A stretch of DNA of 64,000 nucleotides from Vicinamibacteria bacterium (lineage in GTDB: Bacteria > Acidobacteriota > Vicinamibacteria > Marinacidobacterales > Marinacidobacteraceae): assembly GCA_965199715.1 (NCBI GenBank), contig OZ241322.1:1504001-1568000 (forward strand), read 5' to 3'. The position numbers were made by a program, and so were the translations under genes. The notes beneath the pieces are model-generated. The model was not told the DNA's origin and ran no database searches. It worked only from the letters and a program-made list of their open reading frames with translations. This document shows, one piece after another, positions 63,397 to 64,000 of the stretch; the first letter of the stretch is position 1; every line of letters starts with the position of its first letter.

Positions 63397-64000
63397 ATGT
63401 CGCGAACGACCCTTCTCCTTGCGTGCGCCCTCGCGCTGACCGGCGGCGCCGCCGCCCAGACCATCTCCGGAAGCGTCGTGATCGGCGCGAACAGGGAACC
63501 GGCGCACGGCGCCGAGGTCGCGGTGATCGAGACGAACCAGCTCGCCCACACCGGCGAAGACGGCCGATTCGAGATCGAGCTCGCCGAGCGGCATGACGAC
63601 GTCACGCTTCACGTGGAACTGGGATTCCTCGCCGCGAACCACAGCGTCGTCACGGCGGGCCAGGACATGGTCGAGATCGAGGGCTCCATCGTGCTCCACG
63701 CCGGCCACCGCCACGAGCAGGTGACGGTGAGCGCGTCGGCCCGCGACGTCGTTCCGCTCGAGGCGTTCGGGTCCCTGCACGCCCTCTCCGGGCTCGAGCT
63801 CCAGCACGTTCCGGCCCGCAACGTGGCGGAGCTGCTGGAAGGCACGCCCGGCGTGGCGGTGCGCAGCTTCGGTCCCGGTTCGGCCCGCCCGATCGTGCGC
63901 GGGTTCGACGGGGACCGGGTCCTCGTCATGGAGGACGGAATCCGCACCGGGGATCTCGCGAGCCAGTCGGCGGACCACGGCGTGCCGGTGGACCCCCTCC
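63397..64000 (+). CDS. TonB-dependent receptor, paralogue 3 (3' truncated by window edge)
   Basis: SD GGAGGT; MSRTTLLLACALALTGGAAAQ...RPIVRGFDGDRV, very similar to paralogue 2. Confidence 0.9.
   Translation, partial: MSRTTLLLACALALTGGAAAQTISGSVVIGANREPAHGAEVAVIETNQLAHTGEDGRFEIELAERHDDVTLHVELGFLAANHSVVTAGQDMVEIEGSIVLHAGHRHEQVTVSASARDVVPLEAFGSLHALSGLELQHVPARNVAELLEGTPGVAVRSFGPGSARPIVRGFDGDRVLVMEDGIRTGDLASQSADHGVPVDPL

Noticed and set aside
1-64000. CRISPR array, rRNA, transposase, integrase or prophage genes
   Set aside because: No regularly spaced repeats or recognisable motifs seen by eye

Overview
Very GC-rich, extremely compact bacterial chromosome segment from a diderm (TonB receptors, Tat and lipoprotein signals). 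An Acidobacteriota-like, possibly host-associated organism is an inference only. It holds about 52 CDSs (many exported peptidases and amidohydrolases, dnaX-ybaB-recR, moaA, trxA, a GldA/F/G-type ABC system, two squalene/phytoene synthase paralogues) and four tRNAs (Glu-CTC, Arg-ACG, Ser-GGA, Asn-GTT). Two systems stand out. (1) At 60.2-64 kb, a duplicated unit of [short exported His/CxxC leader ORF ending RAPPA, with its stop codon in the loop of a conserved hairpin] -> [TonB-dependent receptor, His-rich in the complete copy]; this looks like a metal-sensing ribosome-arrest regulatory array of the DUF2946/CruR/CutF type. (2) At 41.1-46.5 kb, a Type III R-M locus whose mod gene is out of frame at a (GCCC)5 tract just after its ATG, i.e. 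a candidate phase-variable methyltransferase captured OFF, followed by a frameshifted relic of a C5 methyltransferase. Also noted: a porin-like gene whose only plausible canonical starts lie inside tRNA-Asn, and many apparently leaderless promoters. Start codons were chosen by eye and all family calls come from motif recognition, not database searches.
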